Assembly: GCA_034433305.1 (NCBI GenBank)
Contig: DAOUAM010000089.1
Coordinates: 3,466-67,465, forward strand
From: Dehalococcoidia bacterium
Lineage (GTDB): Bacteria > Chloroflexota > Dehalococcoidia > Lucifugimonadales > DAOUAM01
Direction of reading: 5' to 3'
Length of the DNA stretch: 64,000 bases
Shown: piece by piece, positions 44,157 to 52,660 of the stretch
How the letters are laid out: every line of letters begins with the position of its first letter
How positions within the stretch are numbered: position 1 is the first letter of the stretch
The notes under the pieces: model-generated
Told to the model about the DNA's origin: nothing
Databases searched by the model: none
Seen by the model: the letters and a program-made list of their open reading frames with translations, nothing else
Position numbers and translations under genes: made by a program

Positions 44157-44489
44157 ATGGAGGCGCCAGATGGCGACAGGGCCGTAAGGTGGCCGCGTGT
44201 CAGACAACTGCTGGAAGGCGTCATGGCCCGCTGGGAGAAGCGCGAGGGCCGCAAAGGGTTGCCGGGCATCCACGGCTACCGCTGGGAGACTCCCCAGGAA
44301 CTGGCCAACGACGTCGCCATGGGCAAGAGGTTCATCGAGCCTGGCGTCCCCGCCGAGCAGACGGCGCTCATCATATCCCTTCGCAAGGGGTTCGGGAGCA
44401 TCCCGCGCATGCCCATGGGTGGCCCGTACCTCAAGCCTGAGGAGATAGACGAGATTGCCCGCTGGATTGACAGCGGGATGCCGGAGTAG
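44157..44489 (+). CDS. hypothetical protein (110 aa)
   Basis: ORF with coding-like G+C at third positions. The C-terminal MPMGGPYLKPEEIDEIARWIDSGMP resembles the tail of planctomycete-type cytochrome-like domains, but there is no CxxCH. Confidence 0.45.
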   Translation: MEAPDGDRAVRWPRVRQLLEGVMARWEKREGRKGLPGIHGYRWETPQELANDVAMGKRFIEPGVPAEQTALIISLRKGFGSIPRMPMGGPYLKPEEIDEIARWIDSGMPE

Positions 44490-44521
44490 TACTGGAAGAG
44501 ACCATACTTTAGGAGGAGTCC

Positions 44522-45208
44522 ATGGGAGACCTGACTCCCGAGCTTCTGGAGACGCTGCGCAACATCCCCACCTGCTCCATATCCAACGCCATCGAGACAT
44601 TCAACATCAGGCCCCGTAACCAGGGCTTCACGTCCCCAAAGGTCAGGTGCATGTTCCCGCAACTGGGAGGTATGGTCGGCTATGCCGTGACCGCGGTCAT
44701 TGCCGCCAACTTCCCGCCCAGCAGCCGCATGAACGTGTCCCGTGTGGACTGGGTGGACGAAATCCTCAAGGTGCCAGCGCCCCGGGTGCTGGTGATGAAG
44801 GACCTGGACTATCCCAACGTCATCGGCTCCTTCTGGGGCGAGGTGCAGAGCAACATCCACAAGGCGCTGGACTGCGTCGGCACTGTCACTGATGGCGGCG
44901 TGCGTGACCTGGACGAGATGCAGGCACTGGGCTTCCACGCCTTCGCCACTGAGGTGCTGGTGTCCCGCGCCTACGTACACCTGGTGGACATCGGCGTGCC
45001 GGTCACAGTAGGCGGCCTGACGGTCAAGCCTGGCGACATCATTCTGGGGGACAAGCACGGCGTCATAAACGTCCCGAAGGAGATAGCCGCTGACCTGCCT
45101 GCAGCGGTGAAGAAGGTGGAGGAGCGGGAGCGCGAGATGATAGACCTGTGCCACTCCCCCAGCTTTACCCCTGAGAAGCTCAAGGCGCTGCTGAGGCAGA
45201 GGTACTGA
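44522..45208 (+). CDS. RraA-family protein (4-hydroxy-4-methyl-2-oxoglutarate aldolase / RNase E inhibitor-like fold)
   Basis: VTDGGVRDLDEM, GDIILGDKHGVINVP. Confidence 0.8.
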   Translation: MGDLTPELLETLRNIPTCSISNAIETFNIRPRNQGFTSPKVRCMFPQLGGMVGYAVTAVIAANFPPSSRMNVSRVDWVDEILKVPAPRVLVMKDLDYPNVIGSFWGEVQSNIHKALDCVGTVTDGGVRDLDEMQALGFHAFATEVLVSRAYVHLVDIGVPVTVGGLTVKPGDIILGDKHGVINVPKEIAADLPAAVKKVEEREREMIDLCHSPSFTPEKLKALLRQRY

Positions 45209-45230
45209 GGCCCGGGGCAGGGGCCAACGG

Positions 45231-46178
45231 CTACTCCGGGGGCAGCACGCCCCTGTTTATCAGCGCGGCCAGGTAGCCGGCGCCGAAGCCGTTGTCTATG
45301 TTCACCACGCCCACTCCGGTGGCACAGCTATTGAGCATGGCCAGCAGCGCCGCCAGCCCGCCGAAGCTGGCGCCATAGCCCACGCTGGTGGGCACGGCAA
45401 TGACAGGCACCTGCACCATGCCAGCGACCACCGAAGGCAGGGCGCCCTCCATGCCGGCCACGACCACTATGACCCGGGCACTGTGAAGGGCGGGCAAGTG
45501 GTCCAGCAGCCGGTGCAGCCCGGCCACTCCCACGTCAAAGACCCGCTGGACCTGGCAGTCCATAAGCTCGGCGGTGATGGCCGCTTCGCAGGCTATGGGC
45601 ACGTCCGCCGTGCCGGCGCACAGGACGAGGACTCCGGGGATGCGGCGGACATTCTCGCGGCGGTCCACGGTTATGGCCCGCGCGGCCTGGTCGTAGGCAG
45701 CCTCTGGCACCCGGGCCTGGAGGGCGATGAAAGCCTCCTGGCTGGCCCTGGTGACCAGCAGCCGGTCCGAGTGCTGGAGCAGCGCGGCGGCTATGGCCGC
45801 GATCTGCTCCGGCGTCTTGCCCTGCCCGAAAATGACCTCCGGGAAACCCTTGCGAATGGCCCGGTGATGGTCAACCTTGGCGAAGCCCATGTCCTGGTAG
45901 GGCAGGACCCTTAGCTGGGCAATGACATCATCCACTGTCACGGAGCCATCTTTGAACTGGCGCAGCAGTGCCCTCAGGCGAGTCTCTTCGATGGTGGCCC
46001 TCCCGGGCCGGCGCGTCGCCGGAGGCGCTGGCCCCAGTGAGCGCCACGCCTCCTCCGGCTGGAAACGGCCCTTTCTGTCTTGAAGTATAAAGGCCTGTCG
46101 TAGCCAGAGTAAAGGCTGACTTTCTGCCAGCGACAGACGTGGTGCCTCGCCCCAAGGGCGGCTGGTCCCGGGCCACAT
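45231..46178 (-). CDS. larB: nickel-pincer cofactor biosynthesis protein LarB (AIR-carboxylase-like); start uncertain
   Basis: DMGFAKVDHHRAIRKGFPEVIFGQGKTPEQI...VLCAGTADVPIACEA...VVAGMEGALPSVVAGMV..PVIAVPTSVGYG. The homologous core begins near 46010, and the first upstream ATG in frame is at 46178. Confidence 0.75.
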   Translation of the reverse strand: MWPGTSRPWGEAPRLSLAESQPLLWLRQAFILQDRKGRFQPEEAWRSLGPAPPATRRPGRATIEETRLRALLRQFKDGSVTVDDVIAQLRVLPYQDMGFAKVDHHRAIRKGFPEVIFGQGKTPEQIAAIAAALLQHSDRLLVTRASQEAFIALQARVPEAAYDQAARAITVDRRENVRRIPGVLVLCAGTADVPIACEAAITAELMDCQVQRVFDVGVAGLHRLLDHLPALHSARVIVVVAGMEGALPSVVAGMVQVPVIAVPTSVGYGASFGGLAALLAMLNSCATGVGVVNIDNGFGAGYLAALINRGVLPPE

Positions 46179-46591
46179 GCTTGACAGCCCATTGTTGTGT
46201 GGTACACTGACGTTACCAGGCAGTCCATTTGCGCCTTTCAACTGTGCCGGCACTCCGGCGCGCGGCCCTGCAGCGCCGGTCCCCTTGCGCTCAAGCAGGA
46301 CGCCAGCGGCCCTTGGGTCTCTTGCTCGTGAGGCGCGTATGCTGAACCTCAGGCCAGGCCCATCTACCACCTCCACACCTCGCCCGAGCAAGGCTGGCGA
46401 GCCTTCTTCAATGGAGCCTTCCACGCTTGTGCTATGCTATCCCCTATCCATGTTATGCAGGCACAGGCCAGAGGGTATAATACTAGCGAGTCCTGGCGCG
46501 AAGTACAGGGTACCGCCTGCTCCAGTAAGGCTGGTGTGTCGGGCAGCCTGCACTTGTGGCGAAGAAAGTTGGCGAGTCTAAGGAGGATATC

Positions 46592-47761
46592 ATGAAGCTC
46601 ACACTATCTGTGATCAAAGCGGACGTAGGGTCCATAGGCGGGCACACCAAGCCTTCTGAGCGGATGCTGGAGGCGGTGCGGAAAGAGGTCGCCGACGCCA
46701 TCAAGCGGGGGCTGCTCATTGATGGCTTCGTGTCCCACACCGGGGACGACATTGCCATCATGATGTCCCACACCAATGGTGAAGGGAACAAGGATGTCCA
46801 CCAGTTCGCCTGGAACGCCTTCCTGAAGGCCACCGACATTGCCCGCAGCTACGGCCTGTACGGGGCGGGGCAGGACCTGCTGGTGGATGCCCCTTCGGGC
46901 AACGTCCGCGGCGCAGGCCCGGCGGTGGCCGAGATCGAGTTTGACCACACGCTTTCGGGCGCCAGGCCGGCCGAGTCCTTCATGCTGCTGGCCGCCGACA
47001 AGTGCGGCCCTGGCGCCTACAACCTGCCCCTGTTCCTGGGCTTCGCTGACCCCATGTACTGCGCCGGGCTGATGCTGCCCCAGATGATCAAGGGCTTCAC
47101 CTTCCACATCATAGACATGGACAACACCAAGGGCGACAGCATCATCCAGTTGAACGCGCCCGAGGACTACTACCACATCACCGCGCTGCTGCGGGACAAC
47201 GAGCGCTTCGGCATAGACTCCATCTACTCCCGCACGCACGGGATGAAGGCCGCCGCCGTCTCGGCCCAGCGGTTGCACTCCATCGCGGGCAAGTACACCG
47301 GCAAGGACGACCCGGTAGCCATTGTGCGCGACCAGGGCATCTTCCCGGCGCCGGAGGAGCTCATCTCGCCCTTCGCCAAGGCCCACTACGTGGGCGGCGA
47401 TGCTCGCGGCTCCCATGTCATGCCCCTCATGCCCGTGCCCCTGAACACGCCGGTCACGGGCCTGTACTGTCTGCCCATTGTGTCCTGCATCGGCTTCTCT
47501 GTGAGCAAGCAGGGCAAGTTCTCCGACTCTTACATAGACTTCTTCGCCAACCCTGCCTGGGACGAGGTGCGCCGGCGCGCCCAGGAGAAGGGCATCGAGA
47601 TGCGCAGCCAGGGCTGGTCTGGCGCGGCAATGCTGCCTTACAGCGAGCTGGAGTACGGCGGCTTCCGCGAGACAGTCACCAACCTGGTGAACCGCTTCGC
47701 CTTCAGGGACGGCGCCAAGGCCGAGTCCAGGGTGGCGTCCGGACACGGCGACGCCGGCTAG
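46592..47761 (+). CDS. fbp: fructose-1,6-bisphosphate aldolase/phosphatase (class V FBPase)
   Basis: ATG at 46592 follows AAGGAGG. MKLTLSVIKADVGSIGGHTKPSERMLE...GDDIAIMMSHT. Confidence 0.9.
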   Translation: MKLTLSVIKADVGSIGGHTKPSERMLEAVRKEVADAIKRGLLIDGFVSHTGDDIAIMMSHTNGEGNKDVHQFAWNAFLKATDIARSYGLYGAGQDLLVDAPSGNVRGAGPAVAEIEFDHTLSGARPAESFMLLAADKCGPGAYNLPLFLGFADPMYCAGLMLPQMIKGFTFHIIDMDNTKGDSIIQLNAPEDYYHITALLRDNERFGIDSIYSRTHGMKAAAVSAQRLHSIAGKYTGKDDPVAIVRDQGIFPAPEELISPFAKAHYVGGDARGSHVMPLMPVPLNTPVTGLYCLPIVSCIGFSVSKQGKFSDSYIDFFANPAWDEVRRRAQEKGIEMRSQGWSGAAMLPYSELEYGGFRETVTNLVNRFAFRDGAKAESRVASGHGDAG

Positions 47762-47800
47762 GGGCGTCCGGCTGCCGGGCCGAGCAGTCTTCTTATCCGG

Positions 47801-47848
47801 GCCTGCGGCCCGCCTGGTCTCTGTCGTCGAGGCCGGCGGGCCGCAGGC
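47801..47848 (+). terminator. 14-bp hairpin downstream of fbp
   Basis: gcctgcggcccgcc...(20-nt loop)...ggcgggccgcaggc. Confidence 0.4.
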
Positions 47849-47948
47849 TGTCAGGGCGTCGCCCAGGCCAGCGCCGCCGCTGCTATGCGCCGCTTGCCCC
47901 GTCCATCCACCCAGCCAGGCTGCGTCGCGCTCAGGAGATGCAAGAGCC

Positions 47949-48569
47949 TTGAACGCACAGAAGCTGCTGATAGCCACCAGGAACAGGGGCAAGCTCCGGG
48001 AGCTGAAGTCCCTCCTGGCAGGAGTCCCTTTCACCCTGGTTTCCCTGGACGACGTGGGAGTGGCCGAGGAGGTGGCCGAAACAGGCGCGACCCTGGAGGA
48101 GAACGCCGTTCTGAAGGCCACCACCTACGCCCGCCTCAGCGGCCTGCCAACACTGGCCGACGACTCGGGGCTGGAGGTGGACGCCCTGGGAGGCGAGCCG
48201 GGGCCTCTTTCCTCGCGCTACGCAGGAGAGGGAGCCACCGATGCCCAGCGAATTGCTTTCCTGCTCAAAAAGCTGGAAAATATTCCTGAGGAGTCGTGGA
48301 CTGCCCGGTTCCGCTGCGTCATAGCCATAGCCTGGCCCTCGGAGCCGGTGGAGCTTTACACAGGGGAGTGCCACGGCAGGATCACGCGGCACCCCAGAGG
48401 GACCAACGGGTTCGGCTACGACCCCGTATTCTTGCTGCCGATTCATGGCAGGACAATGGCAGAACTCTCCAGCGAGGAGAAGGACCGCATTAGCCACCGT
48501 GGAGCAGCGGCCCGCAAGGCTGCCGCCGCGCTCCAGCAGCGCGCAGCCAGGCAGGGCAAGCGCCCTTAA
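47949..48569 (+). CDS. rdgB: non-canonical purine NTP pyrophosphatase (RdgB/HAM1 family)
   Basis: TTG start. LLIATRNRGKLRELKSLL...ADDSGLEVDALGGEPG..S.RYAG...GFGYDPVF...MAELS.EEK..ISHRG. Confidence 0.9.
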   Translation: MNAQKLLIATRNRGKLRELKSLLAGVPFTLVSLDDVGVAEEVAETGATLEENAVLKATTYARLSGLPTLADDSGLEVDALGGEPGPLSSRYAGEGATDAQRIAFLLKKLENIPEESWTARFRCVIAIAWPSEPVELYTGECHGRITRHPRGTNGFGYDPVFLLPIHGRTMAELSSEEKDRISHRGAAARKAAAALQQRAARQGKRP

Positions 48570-48592
48570 GCCCTGCAGCAGGGACGATAATC

Positions 48593-49609
48593 ATGATGCT
48601 TGACAGGTTCCGCAGGCCCTTCCGAGACCTGAGAATATCCGTCACCGACAGGTGCAACTTCCGCTGCACCTATTGCATGCCTGCCGAGATTTTCGGCGAG
48701 CGCTACCACTTCCTGCCCAAAGAGGAGTTGCTGACCTTTGAGGAGATTACCCGGCTGGCAAGGGTCTTCGTGAAGCTGGGCGCCGTCAAGGTGCGCCTGA
48801 CAGGCGGCGAGCCGCTGGTACGCAATGAGATCGAGAAGCTGGTGGCCAGCCTCTCGGGCGTACAGGGCATCCAGGACCTGACCATGACCACCAACGGCTA
48901 CCTGCTGGCCCAGAAGGCCCAGGCCCTCAAGGACGCTGGCCTGCACAGGGTGACCGTGAGCCTGGACACCCTGGACGACGAGATTTTCAAGAAGATGAAC
49001 GGGCGCGGCTTCGGGACGCAGCGCGTGCTGGAAGGTATAGAGGCCGCCGAGAGGGTCGGCCTCAGGCCCATCAAGGTCAACGCCGTCGTACAGCGCGGTG
49101 TCAACGACCACACTATCGTGGACCTGGCCAGGTTCTGCAAGGAGCGGGGCTACATCGTCCGGTTCATCGAGTACATGGACGTGGGCACGCTCAACGGCTG
49201 GCGCATGGAGCACGTGGTGCCCGCCGAGGAGATCGTGGCGCGCATCGGTGCCGAGATACCCCTGGAACCCATCGAGAGCAACTATCGGGGCGAGGTCGCC
49301 CTGCGCTACCGCTACAGGGACGATGGCGGCGAGATAGGAATCATCGCCTCGGTGACAAAGCCCTTTTGCGGCGACTGCACCAGGCTCAGGCTCTCCCCGG
49401 AAGGCAAGCTGTTCACCTGCCTGTTCGCCAGCAACGGCCTGGACCTGCGCGCTCCGCTGCGCTCCGGCGCCACCGACGAGGAGCTGGAGTCCGTCATACG
49501 CGGCGTGTGGGCCAACCGCACCGACCGCTACTCCGAGGAGCGCGCCTTCCTGACCGAGCCTGTGCGCCAGGGACGCAAGCGCGTCCAGATGTACCACATC
49601 GGCGGCTGA
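48593..49609 (+). CDS. moaA: GTP 3',8-cyclase MoaA (radical SAM)
   Basis: LRISVTDRCNFRCTYCMP (CxxxCxxC), GGEPLVR, and a C-terminal CGDCTRLRLSPEGKLFTCLF. Confidence 0.95.
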   Translation: MMLDRFRRPFRDLRISVTDRCNFRCTYCMPAEIFGERYHFLPKEELLTFEEITRLARVFVKLGAVKVRLTGGEPLVRNEIEKLVASLSGVQGIQDLTMTTNGYLLAQKAQALKDAGLHRVTVSLDTLDDEIFKKMNGRGFGTQRVLEGIEAAERVGLRPIKVNAVVQRGVNDHTIVDLARFCKERGYIVRFIEYMDVGTLNGWRMEHVVPAEEIVARIGAEIPLEPIESNYRGEVALRYRYRDDGGEIGIIASVTKPFCGDCTRLRLSPEGKLFTCLFASNGLDLRAPLRSGATDEELESVIRGVWANRTDRYSEERAFLTEPVRQGRKRVQMYHIGG

Positions 49610-49622
49610 CGCAGGCCACCGA

Positions 49623-51119
49623 CTACACGCCGTACAGCACCTCGTACTCTGTCACGCGGCTGTCCCAGCAGTTGCGCTGCGCCAGGGCGTTGGCGATGAG
49701 CTGGTACATGCGCCCTGGCTGGTGGTAGGCGTCAATGGCCCGCTGGACCGCCTCCAGCATGGACTCCGCCGTCATGTCCCGGAAGGCGAAGCCGTTGGGC
49801 GAGGGGAAGTCCGGCTCCTGCCACTCGGAAACGGTATCCGCCAGCCCGCCCGTCTGGCGGACGATGGGGATGGCCCCGAAGCGCTGGCACTCCATCTGCA
49901 CCAGGCCGCAGGGCTCGTACTGCGATGGCATGAGCATAAAGTCGGAGAGGGCGTAGTGCCAGACCGTCTCCGATGGCTTGCCCAGGTTGCCGGGGTTGAC
50001 GCGCAGCCGGTCTGGCCTGGCCTCGGCCAACTGGTTGGCGCGCGCCCACAGGCTGCGCAGTCCTGGCGTGGTACCTGGCGTGCCCCAGGCGCACAGGACT
50101 ACCCTGGCGCGCTGCGTCAGCTGCTCCATGCACTCCACCAGCAGGGCGACGCCCTTCTGGTTGTCCCAGCGGCCCCGGAAGCCTATCAACGGCTCGCCAG
50201 TCTCCTGCCAGCCCCACTGGCTGAAGTACCGCTGGCGCGCTGCCCTCTTGGCAAGGGCCACAGTCTCGACGGAGTCATGGCCATCGTACTTCAGGCCGGG
50301 CATGCGCCAGCGGCCCGCGTCTATGCCGTTGACAATGCCGTATAGCTTGCCCTCGCTCCTGAGCCGGCGCAGCACGCCAGCCAGCCCGAAGCCAAACTCG
50401 TCGCTCTCGCAGATCTCGCGGGCATAGGTCCTGCTGACCGTGTTGACCACGTCCGCGGACATCAGGCCAGCCTTGAAGCAGTTGGCCTGCCCGAAGAACT
50501 CGAAGGCCTCGACGTTGAACCAGCCGGGTGGCAGGCCTGCGTAGGCCACCAGTCCCGGCGGCCCGAGGCCCTGGTTCAGCAGGTTGTGGATGGTCAGCAC
50601 CGTCCTGGCCGACGACACAAACCCGCCAGCGCCCTGGGCCTGTAGCTGCCTGACGTAGACGGGCACCAGGGCCGCCAGGGCGTCCTGGCAGTGGATGACG
50701 TCGGGCTGCCAGTTGTCGGCAGCCAGCAGGTCAATGATGGCGCGGGAGAAGGCGATCCATGGCTCGTGATTGGGCCACTGGTAGATTTCCCAGGGGGAGT
50801 GCACTGTGGAAAAGTGCCTGTGGTCGCCCACCAGAATGACCGGCAGTGGCCGGGAGCCAGCGCCGGCCGGCTCCAGCGTCGTCTCATAGACAGCCGTGAC
50901 CTCGGACGCGCCTACACCGAGCTGGACCACCAGGCGGTCCCTGACCTTCTTCAGCTTCAAGTCGTCCTGGGACAGCAGGTAGGCATAGGCCGGCATTGCC
51001 ACGCGCACGTCATGGCCCCGGCACAGCAGCGCCGAGGCCAGCCCGTACACGTACTCGGCGATGCCTCCGACTGGAGCTATTGGCACAATCTCCGGAGTCA
51101 CGAAGAGGACCCTGGCCAT
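49623..51119 (-). CDS. glgA: glycogen/starch synthase-like glycosyltransferase (GT5, GlgA family)
   Basis: MARVLFVTPEIVPIAPVGGIAEYVYGLASAL..RGHDVRVAMPAY...MPSQYEPCGLVQM...VRQTGGLADTV. Confidence 0.85.
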   Translation of the reverse strand: MARVLFVTPEIVPIAPVGGIAEYVYGLASALLCRGHDVRVAMPAYAYLLSQDDLKLKKVRDRLVVQLGVGASEVTAVYETTLEPAGAGSRPLPVILVGDHRHFSTVHSPWEIYQWPNHEPWIAFSRAIIDLLAADNWQPDVIHCQDALAALVPVYVRQLQAQGAGGFVSSARTVLTIHNLLNQGLGPPGLVAYAGLPPGWFNVEAFEFFGQANCFKAGLMSADVVNTVSRTYAREICESDEFGFGLAGVLRRLRSEGKLYGIVNGIDAGRWRMPGLKYDGHDSVETVALAKRAARQRYFSQWGWQETGEPLIGFRGRWDNQKGVALLVECMEQLTQRARVVLCAWGTPGTTPGLRSLWARANQLAEARPDRLRVNPGNLGKPSETVWHYALSDFMLMPSQYEPCGLVQMECQRFGAIPIVRQTGGLADTVSEWQEPDFPSPNGFAFRDMTAESMLEAVQRAIDAYHQPGRMYQLIANALAQRNCWDSRVTEYEVLYGV

Positions 51120-51274
51120 CTCTCATCTCCTCAAGAGCGCATAACAAGACCGCTCACCCGTCCATGGTCCCATAAAAATAGGTGTGTAGGGCGAGGGCAG
51201 ACGTCCAGACCTCACCCTCGTCGCCTCCTATCCACCCTTGGGCAAGCTCAGAGCCTGTCCCTTCGGCACGCTCA

Positions 51275-51405
51275 GGACAGGCCCGAGCCTGTCGAGGGGG
51301 CAAGCTGTAGAGGGGGCCATAGATTGGCCGGCGTCTTGCCCTTGAACGCTGGGGGTGAGGTCGGCCCGGCCGGGCCGCCTCCCAGCTACTCTAAAAGATG
51401 TCCGC
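51275..51405. repeat. dispersed intergenic repeat, copy B (uninterrupted; collinear with 17338..17406 + 17637..17692)
   Basis: See copy A. More degenerate relatives lie at about 11345..11495 and 38380..38470; they share ...gagcctg.cgaagg... and ...gtccgcttttggact... blocks. Confidence 0.8.
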
Positions 51406-51693
51406 CTGTGAACCCCTCAAAGGGAAGGAAGGTGAAAGCCAGTCGGGCGCCAGGTCTTGCCGGGACTCCAGGCCGCCCCGCAGGCATCACTGAGCGAGAT
51501 ATAAACTCCAGCAGGCCCTGGCAAATCCAGCGGCCTCGTCTGGCCAGTAGCAGGTTGACATTCGAGGGCATCATAAACGTGTCCCTTGCAGAGATGTCAA
51601 GGGGAATCCGGAAGAGCCGGATATAAACGGGTTTATTAACATAGGGCCATGCGGTACAATTGGCCCAGACCGTCGGCCAAGAGGGAAACTTGC

Positions 51694-52116
51694 ATGTACC
51701 AGTTGTACACAGATGGCGCTTGCATAGGCAATCCAGGGCCGGGTGGATGGGCGGCTATCGTGGTGTACAACGGCATCTTCAGGATGCTCAGCGGCGGAGA
51801 CCGTAGCACGACCAACAACCGCATGGAGATAACCGCCGTCATAGAAGGGCTGAAGGCTGTGCCCGAGTCCTCGGATGTGACGGTGTTCAGCGATAGCCAG
51901 TACGTGGTGTTTACCATGACCAGGGACTGGAAGCGTAACCGCAACCAGGACCTGTGGAAGGTGCTGGATGACCTGGTCAGCAAACGCCATGTGAAATGGG
52001 AGTGGGTACAGGGCCACGCCGGCCACCCGCTGAACGAGATGGCGGACAGGCTGGCCCATCAGGAGGCGAGAAATGGAGTCCGCAAGAAGAGCCGGCCCCG
52101 GCCTGACTCACGTTGA
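51694..52116 (+). CDS. rnhA: ribonuclease HI
   Basis: [23 protein letters not shown]...[14 protein letters not shown]...SDSQYV...[18 protein letters not shown]. Confidence 0.9.
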   Translation: MYQLYTDGACIGNPGPGGWAAIVVYNGIFRMLSGGDRSTTNNRMEITAVIEGLKAVPESSDVTVFSDSQYVVFTMTRDWKRNRNQDLWKVLDDLVSKRHVKWEWVQGHAGHPLNEMADRLAHQEARNGVRKKSRPRPDSR

Positions 52117-52573
52117 CGAGTCGGGCAAGGCAAGGATGGTGGATGTGGGCTGGAAGCCCGACACCCAGCGCCAGGCCGTGGCCCGAGGCTCGGTGGTCAT
52201 GAAGCCCGAGACGCTGGCCCTCATCAAGGCCAATGGCCTGGAGAAGGGCGATGTGCTGGGCGTGGCGCGCGTCGCCGGGATCATGGGCGCCAAGAGCACG
52301 TCCCAGCTAATACCCCTCTGCCATCCCCTGCCTCTCGACCACGTGGCCGTGGAATTCCAGCTAGATGAGCAGCGCAGCGCCGTGGACATCACCGCCACCG
52401 CCAGCACCACGGCCAGGACCGGAGTGGAGATGGAGGCCATGACGGCGGTGTGCGTCGCCGCGCTGACCATATATGACATGTGCAAGGCCGTTGACCGCGC
52501 CATGCGCATTGAGGCGGTCCGCCTGGTCAAGAAGACTGGCGGCAAGAGTGGCGACATCGTGCTGGAGGAGTAG
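52073..52573 (+). CDS. moaC: cyclic pyranopterin monophosphate synthase MoaC
   Basis: [25 protein letters not shown]...IPLCHPLPL...[22 protein letters not shown]. It overlaps the rnhA 3' end by 44 nt if ATG 52073 is used. Confidence 0.9.
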   Translation: MESARRAGPGLTHVDESGKARMVDVGWKPDTQRQAVARGSVVMKPETLALIKANGLEKGDVLGVARVAGIMGAKSTSQLIPLCHPLPLDHVAVEFQLDEQRSAVDITATASTTARTGVEMEAMTAVCVAALTIYDMCKAVDRAMRIEAVRLVKKTGGKSGDIVLEE

Positions 52574-52660
52574 GCCCACATGGAGACCCGGCCCTCTTTC
52601 GACTCCATGACGCTGCAGGCGCTGCAAACCCTCTAGCAGGAGGCGACCTACCAGACGATC

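Noticed and set aside
46604-48124. 506-aa minus-strand ORF; the same pattern applies to 48566..49597 and 58725..60866
   Set aside because: They are antisense to fbp, moaA and the metalloprotease gene respectively. All three real genes have strong family signatures, and the antisense products are low-complexity.
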